63,975 nucleotides of DNA, filler included, from Phoronis australis (GCA_002633005.1; 9 parts of 9 records of this genome joined end to end with filler, not necessarily neighbours in it), one strand, 5' to 3'; shown: positions 40,354-52,285, counted from the whole stretch's first letter. Notes: generated by a model from the letters alone, not told the origin. Numbers and translations are program-made.

Positions 40354-43065
40354 TGATACGCCGTAAAATGTAACAATTTCGTAAAATGTAACAACTGTTA
40401 CATTTTACGTCATTGTTGCATTTTACGTTGCTAGGTCTCTCCTAAAATGTAACAAGTTGTACGTAGTTGTTACATTTGACAAAACCAACGTAATATTTGA
40501 AGAAAATAACCAAAATCACGAGCAAGTAGTAGCTGACACGGCCAGGGGTACTCGAGTATTTTTGGACAATGGGTGCTGCCCAAAAAAAATTAAATAATTA
40601 TCATTTAGAGAGTAGGCTTGGACAAAAAAGTGACCCATTTGGCGTAAAAAATCACGTTATCGCACATTTCTGTTCCAGAAATTCAGAAAAGGCACCCTTT
40701 TAGATAATTGTTTATTGTAAATAGCACCATCTTGGAAAGTATTTTGTGATGCTGCACTTTTCGTATACCTCTTCTACGGGAATGCCCTCCGGACTGACAC
40801 GGCATCAGTTTGGCTACCCATTATCACTTTTGTTACTATTGCATTACTATTACTGCTATTACTACCATTACTATTTTCACTACTATTACTCGTTATTGGT
40901 ATCGTTATCATTATTATCATCATTATTGATGTTTTTGAATTTATTTAACAATGACACAGTGCAATATGTACAATACATGTTTTAGCAAAGTGCTAATACA
41001 TCATGATCCTCAAAGATTTTAAAATCATCTTATTTTATGGTTCAAAGTTTTCACCGGGCTCCCCATAATGCAAAGTGAGTGCTAAAAGAGGTTCCGATGC
41101 TCAACTTTAACGACATCATGAGAAACGTCGTGACAGCTGTGGATGCAGAGTAGGCCTACTTTTTAGAAACGAGGGGGTTGAGATTAAAAATGTTGTTTAG
41201 ATGTGCGCCATTTCAAAAATTGATTATTTCTGATCTATCGGCAAGCACTGTATTGTTCGTAATCAAATTGTATTACCCTTCTGTAGTTTGCCACGAAGAA
41301 CTGAATTCAGACTGTACTCTTTACTTGCGACTATACCTAAGCGTGAGGATACCCGCCGTGTAATCATTTTTGTCTCTTATTGAAAACATTCCTTTTCAAA
41401 GGACTGGAGCTCGCTAAGTTCAAAAAGTGCTTTAAGTTGAATTTTGAATGTAGACATTTTTCGAGATCTAACGACTAGTCGGCTATGGCTGCGGTCACTG
41501 GGTCATTAGAATAGTTGGTAACGGACAATTTTATGTGGAACGATCCCCAGTATTCAGTAATTTATCTGAATGATTTGTACTAGGTTTCATTGAAAGTGGG
41601 TTGTAAGGAATAAAATCGGCCAACGTCTAAGTCAGCGATGCTTAATATGCGCTTTTTATGCAATGTAACAAAAGATCTTTATCTGCCTACAACCAAGCGT
41701 GTTGTTGACAGCGAGCTGCAGCACAAAAATGACGCCTAATGAGACACGTTGCTTCACGTCCATTAATACTAGAATGCTCAGTCTCTGTCTTTATTTACAC
41801 GTATATGTGCTTCTGACATAGGAACCCGGTTCCTAGTTCGGACTAACGATCATTGACCAAATAGCAATTTTAATTGATTTTTCATCTTAAAAGATAATAG
41901 AATGAGAAAGTGCATGTTTTTGAAGTCCGAAACGCCCCCAGTCAGCTTTTTCAGAGTGTTGACCCTTTAAACCATCGAAGAAGACCCGGTATGAGCAAAC
42001 TGACCGTCCTTTCAGAGTGGCGAAATATTTTTCTATTTCCCCAGCTAGGCCTCCCATTTTACGTACACATGTCACAGTTTGATCAGTTGTTACCACCACT
42101 ATTTCAGATAGGTTTGACGTCACTGGAACAATTATATTTCATTCAGCTTTTAGCTCTTCAAAACACTTTCCACCACAATGTCTGAAATCGTCATTCGCAT
42201 CTAAGGTGGTAAATACAACCCGTCGGCATCAGAAACTTTGGTCGTGCAGGGACGCATCCAGGATTTTGAGTTGGTGGGGGGGCAGAGCAGAGAATTAGCC
42301 AGGAATTTGCACGTCAGACATTCGCACACCCTTACTGCGAAATGGAATCTGGGAGAAATTTAGTGGGGCCATGGCCCCTTGGCCCCCTTTCTAAATCCAC
42401 CACTGTTTTGTCCCTTTCGTGTGGAGCATTACCCATAACTCCAAGGCAACAAAAACACTGGCTGGTGTTTTTTCAATCAAACTGGCTCTCTTAACTGAAT
42501 TTTCTGTGAAAAAAATACTATCGTTTGTTCCTAAAGAAATGTGATGAATACATGTATTAGCCAAAATACTATGTCATTGTTTCTGTTGTGCTTACGAGGT
42601 ACCAAGGGAAGTGTGTTTACTGCAATGTCCGACACGCAATTGCGTGTGACCTGTGTCCTCCCACAAAAGATTGCAAGAACGCTTTAACAATAAAAACGTG
42701 TTATCTGATCCTGGAAACTCCTTTCGTCTGGAATCGAAACTGTACGGGGTACATGACTATACCGACCAAGAAACCACCCTGGTTAAGAAATGGAAAGCAC
42801 ATTCGAGCTGGCACATTTATCAAAATTTTATTCAAACAATCAGAGGAAGAAGGCGTTTTCCTCCGTGTGACAAATACCATGCAAACTCATGAAATATGAC
42901 GTCGGTTTCGTAAAATGTAAAAATGGTACATTTCTCGCATGTGAATTCGACGTAAATTGTAACAATTACATAAAATGTAACTTGTTGCATGTTAGAAGAG
43001 GCCAAGCAACGTAAAATGTAGCAATGACGTAAAATGTAACAGTTGTTACATTTCACGGCGTATCA
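40354..43065. mobile_element. 2.7-kb non-autonomous DNA transposon with TG...CA termini and long subterminal aaaatgtaac repeats
   Basis: Left tgatacgccgtaaaatgtaac...; right ...gttacatttcacggcgtatca; inverted similarity extends ~80 bp or more; flanks ccgcac / ccgtac look like a 6-bp TSD with one mismatch. Confidence 0.75.
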
Positions 43066-43529
43066 CCGTACTGCACCGGAGTACTGGATTCGCTGGATTT
43101 GCTTACTGCTAAGTTAATCGGCTGAAGTTCTGTGTTCACACTGACCGCAACTCCGCAAAACATAGACAAATTGACGTTTATAGACACACATGTACAGTAC
43201 ACGCACGCGCACGGAGAGGAGGCCCCCTGGTATGGGTAAGACGAATGGAACCTGTGTGTCAAAGAAGACAAGAACATTAAGTATATAAAAGTACAGTCTT
43301 ATTGAATGCGAGCTATCTGGTGCTTCTAAATTTTTTTTTAAAAATATACTTTTCTAAAATTTCCCATTTTTGTCAGTTTCGATTATTTTCCTAAATACAT
43401 TTCTATAACAAAAATATTCATTGAGAGACTATAGAATTGGGTTCCAGTGGCCGATTATATGAAACAATCTCAAATAGGGACTCGATTAAACATTCTGCAT
43501 ACAGGTGTCTGTGTTTACTCGTAATGCGA

Positions 43530-44760
43530 TGAATATTTTCAGTCATCCAGTCGAGTAATCAAGGTAGAAAAACAATAAACCAGTTACTGGACTTACGGCT
43601 GTATAGAGATGGTTACGTTACGTCCTCCTCTCGAGGACTTCATCAGGCCACTGAGGTGTCACGTGACTCGTCATGTGGTCCACGGCACAATTTGCGCGGG
43701 ATACTCTTTAGTGCCCTATCCCACGTCCTTGGCAACAGAAACCTCAAGAACCCCTGTCTGTTTAGGCTAGGATTCTCAACTCTTTCATAAAATGCTTCCT
43801 TGACATCTCCCCTGAACCAGTTTTCCTCTCTATCTAGAATCGTGACATCTTCCAGGGAGAAAATGTGAAAGAGTGGTCTGTGGCGGCTACATATATATGC
43901 ATAAGGTGGAATTGTCGTGAGGCCTTGACAGGGACCTCAGGGGTATCATGCTCCACTGATTTATATACACTAGCTTGAAAAGGCTTTGCCCAGTTACACA
44001 ATTTGTGTCATAGAAGAGATAATGATACCTATACAACTAACACGGCAAGTAGAACTAGTCTCGTTTATCACATTGTTGTAGACTCACGGTAGGACTGTGA
44101 TTTTCTGTTGAGCCGAGAACGTCAGGAGTTGCACCATATACCAACTCCGGACAGTCTCTTACGACGATTTAGCGTTATGTGAATAAAAACCGCAGAATCA
44201 TAGCAGTCCCCATAACTGGGCCTACGATGTTGATGGATACGACTTTTCAGGGCTTGTTTGGTTTCCCCAATGTATGCATGCTTTCCCACACCCTGGCTCC
44301 GAGCATGAAATGCCATACACCACATTTGATTTTTTCTCTTTCGTGGTCTTATCTTTCACATTCACCAGTTGACTCCTCATGGTGTTAATTGATTTGAACG
44401 CAACACAAACATCGTGACCCCTCATATGAGATTTAACCTGGTCTGAGATTCCTGGCACAAAAGGTAATGTTATCCTGAAGTTTCTCCGTTGTCAGGCTGC
44501 GTGTTCCGAGACCTGTCTCAGTCCGCAATGGTTTGCCTTATGGAATGACCACTCAGGATAGCCACATCTCTTTAATACTGTTCTGTTGTAATCCAATTCA
44601 AAATAAATGCCCTCCTCCGTGTTGGGGATGGTTTTTGCACGATAGTGCAACGTTCGAATCACGCCCAGTTTGTGTACCAAAGGGTGATTGGAGTCAAACG
44701 GAAGATAGTAGTCCGTGTGAGTGGGCATAGGAAGCCCACTCACAGGACCAGGTTGCTTGT
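43530..44760 (-). mobile_element. Penelope-like retroelement, 5'-truncated and frameshifted (RT thumb + GIY-YIG + 3' pLTR), interrupted at ~43890-44170
   Basis: PTHTDYYLPFDSNHPLVHKLGVIRTL..CGYP; LPFVPGISDQ..VKDK..SNVVYGISC; YIGETKQALKSRIHQH..SAVFIH; LEDVTILDREENWFRGDVKEAFYERVENPSLNR. Confidence 0.9.
43605..43652 (-). ncRNA. Hammerhead ribozyme motif in Penelope 3' repeat (core GAAA mutated to GTAA)
   Basis: Minus strand tggc-CTGATGA-a-gtcctc-gagag-gaggac-GTAAC-GTA-acca; stem II is intact. Confidence 0.6.
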
Positions 44761-44955
44761 ATTTTAAAAGTACAATTACCCCGCTGTTTATTGTTGCAAA
44801 GTGAGTTTATTGATATCGTTTTGTAGAAAAAGCTTTACTCTTTCTGATGAAATCCTCTATTTTTTGAATGAAACTTAACCCTGAAATTAGTCTGGGGAAG
44901 TAGATCAAAAACCGCGGTTTGGCTAGTTGTCCCTTCCTGGTTATCTCTTCCTGAT

Positions 44956-45265
44956 AGTACTACTTTGTAAGTATCCAATAATATAACACAGTACTACTTT
45001 GTAAGTATCTAATAATATAGCATAGTACCACTTTGTAAGTATCTAATAATATAACACAGTACTACTTTGTAAGTATCTAATAATGTAGCATAGTACCACT
45101 TTGTAAGTATCTAATAATATAACACAGTACTACTTTGTAAGTATCTAATAACATAGCATAGTGCTACTTTGTAAGTATCTAATAATATAGCATAGTACTA
45201 CTTTGTAAGTATCTAATAATATAACATAGTACTACTTTGTAAGTATCTAATAATATAACATAGTC
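44956..45265 (+). repeat. 34-bp minisatellite, ~9 copies
   Basis: Unit agtactactttgtaagtatctaataatata(a/g)ca(c/t). Confidence 0.95.
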
Positions 45266-45359
45266 TTTGTAAATACTGTAAATATCTAAAGGCAATTATT
45301 GCTTCGCATCGGCTAGCCACAAGCTAATGTTCAATGTTGATTTAAGTATAAATAACAAC

Positions 45360-45424
45360 ATGTATGTATGTATGTATGTATGTATGTATGTATGTATGTA
45401 TGTATGTATGTATGTATGTATGTA
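45360..45424 (+). repeat. (ATGT)n microsatellite
   Basis: Directly visible. Confidence 0.95.
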
Positions 45425-45718
45425 TATATGGAGGCGTGCGATACAATTTTGTAAAAAGAAACTGTCTAAGTTTGACTTGCACATAATCAACAACATTGCT
45501 ATCACTGACACGCTCAATGATGGCGCGGTACGTTATTTCCAGTATTGAGATTATTACCTTCATTAATCAAGACCTATCTCTATTCTAGCTACTAATCAAA
45601 AAGTTAATTACAATCACCATAAACAAACCATGGCACTACCAAATTGTAATACAACAATTTTGTGTCACATTTGTGGTTTCAGTATATAGAATGCTACCAC
45701 TGACTGAATGAGTCAAAG

Positions 45719-46615
45719 TTATGATTTGGCCAAAAACTTCAGTCCGTCACTATAAATGCGTTCCAGATCTGACAAAGAAAAAGAAGGCAAGAATTGTTCA
45801 ACAAAAGACATCAGTTCAGCAACAGAATTCACATTACGTTTTCTGTAGGCTGTTTCTCCCATAGCTTCATATAATATTATTCCATTGCTTGTTTCTTTAA
45901 GTACGTAAGACAATCCCGGAGGATGAATGACTGCTAATGCTGAGTTGTGCGCTGAACTACGACTTCTGTACAGGAAGAATTTCTCATTAAGCCATGAAGT
46001 TATCTCATCCAGTGAAACCGCATCTAGATTGAAAGTATAAAGATCTATCCACTGGGCCTTTTCAACTGTAATGAGTGGGTCCGTCTCACTTACGAACTGT
46101 CGTCGGACATAATGATCACCCGCTTTGGCATATTTACACAACACATTTTTATGCTGGAACGATGGGGATTCCACCTCAAAATCCAGAGGGAATGCATCAA
46201 AAACTGGCTGTGCAACTCCTACATCCACCAAAAAGGTGTCCCCATCCTCCTGTAGATCCTTAACAATAACAATCACATGTATTGGATACGTGTTGATCAT
46301 TAAGCGCGCTAAAGACAAGTAGGTATGGAAACCTAAACCTGCCAGCAGCGCAGACATGAAGGTATGCAGCTCATAACAAAAACCGCCTCGTCGGCTCATC
46401 AGGTTCTCTTTGATATCATCCCAACTTGGAGCACGTCTCAGATCCTTAGGAATCATTAAAAGATTAAAACTGGTAAACGGGATGTGGTGACTAAATGCTG
46501 TAATAATACGTTTCAAAAAAGCAGCCTTGTGCAGTGTCTCAGTGCAGTCCTCAAGACTAACTCCAATAATCTCTAGGAAACGTCCGATTTCCTCTTGAGA
46601 CAACTGCATCGCCAT
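45719..46615 (-). CDS. NAT: Arylamine N-acetyltransferase family protein (single coding exon, 298 aa)
   Basis: Catalytic triad motifs RRGGFCYELH (Cys), IHVIVIV (His) and FLVDVGV (Asp); HIPFTSF replaces IPFENL; length typical of the family. Confidence 0.92.
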   Translation of the reverse strand: MAMQLSQEEIGRFLEIIGVSLEDCTETLHKAAFLKRIITAFSHHIPFTSFNLLMIPKDLRRAPSWDDIKENLMSRRGGFCYELHTFMSALLAGLGFHTYLSLARLMINTYPIHVIVIVKDLQEDGDTFLVDVGVAQPVFDAFPLDFEVESPSFQHKNVLCKYAKAGDHYVRRQFVSETDPLITVEKAQWIDLYTFNLDAVSLDEITSWLNEKFFLYRSRSSAHNSALAVIHPPGLSYVLKETSNGIILYEAMGETAYRKRNVNSVAELMSFVEQFLPSFSLSDLERIYSDGLKFLAKS

Positions 46616-47746
46616 TTTGAAGTTGTCTTAGTGTAGTGGGCAAGTGCGCACAAAGCTGAATAGACCTAGCTGCGAAGCCAGAAGACACAAAAAGATCTCA
46701 CATAGGCCTGTTTGCGTGACCATTGGGTCTTGCTTTTGTAACAGGAGTGCCCTGAATACGATTATATAATTGAGTTATATGAGGTCTCTGGTGGACAATG
46801 CTATTGATGCGACTGGCACTACTAGAGTTTTTATCACCAGTAACGTATATGAAACATTTAATGATAATGTTGTGCTGGATTCTGAAGTGCTATGAATTCT
46901 TGCGAAGTCATGGAAGAGGTAATCAGTAGGACACCAACAACAAGTCACTTATTTAGGCATAGCACTGAATTTCACGAAAGGAGTGAGTCGTGTCCACGGG
47001 AGTTTGTCTCGATCTTTTCAGTGTACACCCTCTCGTATGTTAACATGTGCACGTACGTTAAGCTCCCGTGTTGAATACCGTGAAGGTTGAACTATTGGGT
47101 GGGGGTCAGAAAAAGATATGCTGAAATACTGCAATTCATTGCCATTGCATAATACACTGGCACACTTGTCACTGATACTACTAGCAGCTATAAATAGGAG
47201 CACAGAAATACAGTCAATGGTCCTAAACCCCCAGACATTAACCAGTTTAACAATAGCAAGTCTGACGTTATCGCTTTTGGCGGTGCCATTCAGAATGTCC
47301 TTGATTGCTGTCGTACATGTACAGGTACGGAGTATTCAATTATTTCTGAGGGTGTATGCTGCTGTGAAATTAGGATTATACCTACCCTTTTGTACAGTAA
47401 GCAAGATGAAACCTCACCCTTTTGTGAATAGGCACAGGCATTAAAATCTGGCCCATTTTGGTGAGAGCATCTATGAAAAAGTAAACTTTTCCGATGACAT
47501 AATTATGCAATTATTATTTACAGGGAATTGAATTTCATTAAAAGCTTTCTGAGCTGTATTCTTTTTAACACAACAAGTCTCAGTTGTATAAGAAAACTTT
47601 CAGTGGTTTTGGTGCAAAATGCAGTTCCAACCAAAAAGTAAATCCTNNNNNNNNNNNNNNNNNNNNNNNNNNNNNNNNNNNNNNNNNNNNTTAATTAATT
47701 AANNNNNNNNNNNNNNNNNNNNNNNNNNNNNNNNNNNNNNNNNNNN

Positions 47747-49330
47747 TGGACATAACTGACTACTTACTTGACAATATGGACAATGGTAAAGTTAATGGTG
47801 CTATCTTTATGGACATAACTGACTACTTACTTGACAATATGGACAACGGTAATGTTAATGGTGCTATCTTTCTGGACATAACTGACTACTTACTTGACAA
47901 TATGGACAATGGTAAAGTTAATGGTGCTATCTTTATGGACATAACTGACTACTTACTTGACAATATGGACAATGGTAAAGTTAATGGTGCTATCTTTCTG
48001 GACCCGAAGAAAGCTTTCGATACTGTTAATCACAATAGATTACTGTTAAAACTTGCTAACTGTGGTGTACGCGACGCCGAACTTGACTGGTTCAGTAATT
48101 ATTTAAGTAATCGTAATCAAGTCACTGTTGTGAACGGGGCGTTATCAACACCACTTGACGTCACCGATAGTGTCCCCCAGGGGTCAATACTGCGCCCATT
48201 ATTATTTTGTGTATATGTAAATGATTTACCCACGTCAGTGAAACAATGTAGAATTAGTTTGTATGCAGATGACACAGCCCTCTTCTTGGCTACCAAGTCA
48301 ATAGATGAAGTCAATGCCACCATAGCAGAAGAAATGAATCGTTTTTATGCTTGGCTTGTGGAGAACAAACCGACCCTGAATGTTGATAAAACCAAGGTTA
48401 TGACTATTGGTAGCAGACAGAGGCTGGCTGTGTTGTCTCCAAGCAATATTTCCATTACTATTAACGGCACCCAGCTGGCAAGAGCTGAGAAATATAAATA
48501 TCTGGGTGTTATGATTGATAAAAACTTATCATGGGACGAACATTTAGATTATGTGTGCAAAAAACTTTCACAGCGGATTGGGATTTTGTACAGAGTCAGG
48601 AGTTATGTTTATCAGGCTACTCTTCGTGCTCTGTACAGGAATCTAATTTTACCACACTTTGATTACTGTGAAGTTGTGTGGGGTAATTGTGCATCATATC
48701 TTCAGAATAGAATTCAAAAATTACAAAACAAGGCTGGGAGACTGATACTCAACTATAGTGGCCTTTATAATGACTTTCCTATTTCTGAACTCCTAGATAA
48801 ACTTGGTACAGCCTGGTTAGCAGGCGCGCATTTCATTTACATTTTATGATATACAAAGCCACACATAGCCTCACACCTAATTACCTTACTACCTTCAAGG
48901 CAGTCAGAGATTCTCACAATTACACTATTAGAGCGAGTGTTTCTGGCTGCCTGGTACCAGTTAAACCTAATTACAACTGTGGGAAAAGAACTTTTGCCTA
49001 GAGAGGTGCTGTAGCTTACAACGGGCTTGGTATTGCCGTCGCTAACGTGCCCAGTGTCCACGTCTTCAAACAGAATTACTGGTACGTTGTGCGTTGTTCG
49101 TTATTGTAGGCCTCAGCTAATCACTATTTTACTATGTTTTATGTTATTTATTCATCAAATTGTACATATTAACTTATTCTTATACTAATTTATTTTATTT
49201 ATTAATCTTTTCAATCTATTTGTATATAGCTGTCTGTATTTTACTTCATGCAATGATTTCCAAATGGGCTCACTTGAAAATCAGTGTATTCACGGAAGTG
49301 GTCACCCAGTCTTTTAAAAAAGTTTAAGTA
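47747..49330 (+). mobile_element. CR1/L2-clade LINE, 5'-truncated; RT ORF 47776-48849 plus 3' UTR
   Basis: AIFLDPKKAFDTVNH, VPQGSILRPLLF, LYADDTAL, KYLGVMIDKNLSWDEH, ILPHFDYCEVVWG; T-rich UTR and terminal gggctcacttgaaaatcag...cacccag with A-rich tail. Confidence 0.93.
47748..48003 (+). repeat. 63-bp in-frame tandem repeat (21 aa DITDYLLDNMDNGKVNGAIF[M/L]) x4 inside the LINE RT
   Basis: Unit starts at 47748, 47811, 47874 and 47937; ~1.2 more copies at 51431-51508. Confidence 0.95.
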
Positions 49331-49446
49331 AAAAGTAAAAAATAGATATATAAATAAATAACAGATAAGCAGCATTAAGATTTTGTAGTATTTTCACTGT
49401 AACCTTAATTACATGTGAATTTTTTAAAGAGTATTTCCTGTTGCAG

Positions 49447-49636
49447 TTAGTCCTCACACTCTCCTCAACTAATGAGCACAGCCTTGTGGTCACATTTGGC
49501 AACTTGCCCTCGGGATTCGATCGGGTATGGTTCCGAATTTTTGCGGAAAAGAAAGAGTTTGTGTACGGCGGAGGAGAGCAGTTTTCCTATTTCAACTTAA
49601 GAGGGCGCGAGTACCCGTTGTGGACAAGAGAACAAG
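49447..49636 (+). CDS. Internal exon of a GH31 sulfoquinovosidase-like (YihQ-like) glycosidase
   Basis: Acceptor tttcctgttgcag and donor gtgtgt; encodes DRVWFRIFAEKKEFVYGGGEQFSYFNLRGREYPLWTREQG, closely resembling the YihQ segment NRIWLRL...IYGCGEQFSYFDLRGKPFPLWTSEQG as recalled. Confidence 0.82.
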
Positions 49637-51379
49637 GTGTGTACCACTTACTCATTTTCTTCATAAGCCAACGCAAGGACATTATCTTACTTGTATTAGG
49701 TTAGGTCATCTCCACATGTAACCATATGGAGTAGACGAAAATGAAACATAGCATTATCTTGTAGCACCGGGCATCAAAATCAATGTAAAAACTATCAGTC
49801 TCTGCTTTTCATTACCTTTCCTCGGTCATGGCTCTTCATGTAAATTGTCCCCTCTTCCAGCTTTTTTAAGCGGACTCGTGAAATGCTGTCAATTTGATTT
49901 GCAGTTCTAGGTGATCCGACTCGTGGACGAGACGATCCCTCCACCTGGTGACTTAGAGCACATATTCATGTTTCGTGCTTTGTTTGTAGGCGGAAGATAG
50001 TATTGAGTTGAATAAACTAATAGCTCACAGTTTCTGTCAAAGTACTGCATTGAATTTAAGTCTTTTTATCGAACAGCTTTCATCTTGCGTCCTGTACGGA
50101 TTAGAAGCGTTTTCTGGGCTTATGAAGAAACCGCCGTCCATTAGCCACCACGAATTGCACCGTGCTCAGTGAATGAAATGGCCTCCTTGATCAAGCCAAG
50201 AGGTTGGGCTTGTTCTCGACCAATAACGAGCCAGCAATTCTTCTTATGCAGACTTGTTTTAAAGTCACTATTTCCTTTACTTTCGCCTGCTTAGATCACA
50301 AATTGAGCTTTGCCAATCGAAAGATATCACTAAANATAATTTCCCGGTCGAAGCTTAGCGTGAAAAAAACGTGTTTTAAGCTATAATAGTTGGTAAACCT
50401 TAATTTATAAACTCAATTTATTTCTATAATATTTAAGTTTTCAATTGGTTTTGAGTAAAAGCATTATTTGACAAAAATAGCCGGGCTTTTCTTAAAAGGT
50501 CACGACCTCCGACCCCGGGCCTCTGACATAGAAAGTAGTTACAAAGCCGCGGAGAGTCAGAAAAGGTAAATCGATTCATTGCAATGTTTCTCGTTTAGTA
50601 TGTGGTATAAATAGTTTATTACATGTTCTCAGCCGTTATCCCCCTTATCTAGAGCCCTCGTGGATTTTGGAGAATTATCACCCTCGGGGATAACGACTTC
50701 GCCATGTAATAATCTATATTGATTAAATAAAGTGATCGATATAATGACCTTTTTATTTTATAATTACTCCTTTTCTAGAAAGTTTGGTTGGCTACGTACA
50801 GTATGAATGTAAAAACCAGACATAAATCAAGTGGCACATGTTTTAAAAGAGGCGGTCTAAGTTGCTACCGTTTCTTTCTCAAAATGGTGTCACTCTGCTA
50901 TATGTTTTTCATTATTATTCTAATTACACTTGCTCCGTTGAAAACACGACTGATTTTTTTGGTTTTCAAGCTTGATACAGAGTCGCTCGCAATGTCGAAA
51001 AAATCTCATTTCTTAAGGTGTGCTGCTATGTATATGAAGCAAAACACCGAGAGACATAACAAACAAAAAAATTAAAACACTAGCTATATTTCGAGACTGC
51101 ATGTCACATCATCAGTCGAATGAACCTTATTATACGGAGCGAACTAAACAGTGAAATACACGTGACAGTGGGAAGAGGAGGATATTAGCAGGAAGTGTGA
51201 ATGTGACGAACGATAGGAAGCCTTGCTACACACATGAAAAAAGGAGATTGTTTTGACACAGTACTAGCGGCTCTGTATCAAGCTTTCAAACAAAAAGTTT
51301 AGTCGTGTTTTAAACGAAGTTTGTGTTAACGAAGGGCTGCTAACTTCTGTTATGTTCCCAAGAGGAATTATCTTTTATG

Positions 51380-51508
51380 TGATGAACAGTCGGGTTTTCG
51401 CCCCGCGCACTACACAGCTACTTCTCTCATTGACATAACTGACTACTTACTTGACAATATGGACAATGGTAAAGTTAATGGTGCTATCTTTATGGACATA
51501 ACTGACTA
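51380..51508 (+). mobile_element. 5' stub of the same LINE RT as 47747-49330
   Basis: Translates DEQSGFRPAHYTATSLIDITDYLLDNMDNGKVNGAIFMDITD, the RT segment directly upstream of the 63-bp repeats; ends at a single N (51509). Confidence 0.85.
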
Positions 51509-52023
51509 NGAATATATACATTTTTTTTTTTTTTTAAAAACTAAAAGACTGAACAACAAAAGCATACTGGCCAAAAAATGAGTATTAATTACTTTAGTAG
51601 TGATGCATAGAGATATAAAATGATATAGTCTTTAATCACATACATAGACTATATAGGAAACTTAACTAAATATACAAAAATTAACTATATAGTAACAACT
51701 AATACATAATACTATAGAAAGTATAGTCTTTAATATATAATAGACTATATATATAGTATGAAAACTTATAACAAAAATATACTATATAGTTTTAACAAAT
51801 AAACACTACTATATAAAAATAATAGACCAGTATGCTACTTAACTATACTATTGAATAGGGACATCACAATTCTCCTAGGACCAAGGGTAAGGCACAAACC
51901 CAGAGACCGTAGTTAGACTCAGAGTTTATAATAACGGGCAATTACCCAAGGGACTAGGAGAAAACCTGGGGCATAGGTTATGACCCAGGCACACCCGGAT
52001 GCTGAACCACCTCTAACAACTTG

Positions 52024-52185
52024 TTAGAGATGGTAAAGCCGCATGGCGTTCCTGGTGGAGGCAGCCAGGATGTCACGCAGCGGACGACGAGAACGCTGCG
52101 CCACCTCCGTGGCTACTTCTCCCAGGTATTGGGGCGCCATTGGGGCTTGCCCAATGGCGAGGTGCGGTGAATCGGACTCCAGAAG
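52024..52185 (-). CDS. C-terminal fragment of a TatD-family deoxyribonuclease (cut by contig end)
   Basis: Manual translation LLESDSPHLAIGQAPMAPQYLGEVATEVAQRSRRPLRDILAASTRNAMRLYHL*; matches the TatD LLE[T/S]D[S/A]P and terminal N[A/T]xRL[Y/F] motifs. Confidence 0.82.
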   Translation of the reverse strand, partial: LLESDSPHLAIGQAPMAPQYLGEVATEVAQRSRRPLRDILAASTRNAMRLYHL

Positions 52186-52285
52186 NNNNNNNNNNNNNNN
52201 NNNNNNNNNNNNNNNNNNNNNNNNNNNNNTTAATTAATTAANNNNNNNNNNNNNNNNNNNNNNNNNNNNNNNNNNNNNNNNNNNN

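Noticed and set aside
44956-45265. CRISPR-like 34-bp periodicity
   Set aside because: Head-to-tail units without unique spacers, eukaryotic context and no cas genes; it is a minisatellite. The same applies to 56200-56397 and 54357-54549.
52043-52237. Plus-strand ORF in the track
   Set aside because: Antisense shadow of the TatD frame, running into the N spacer.
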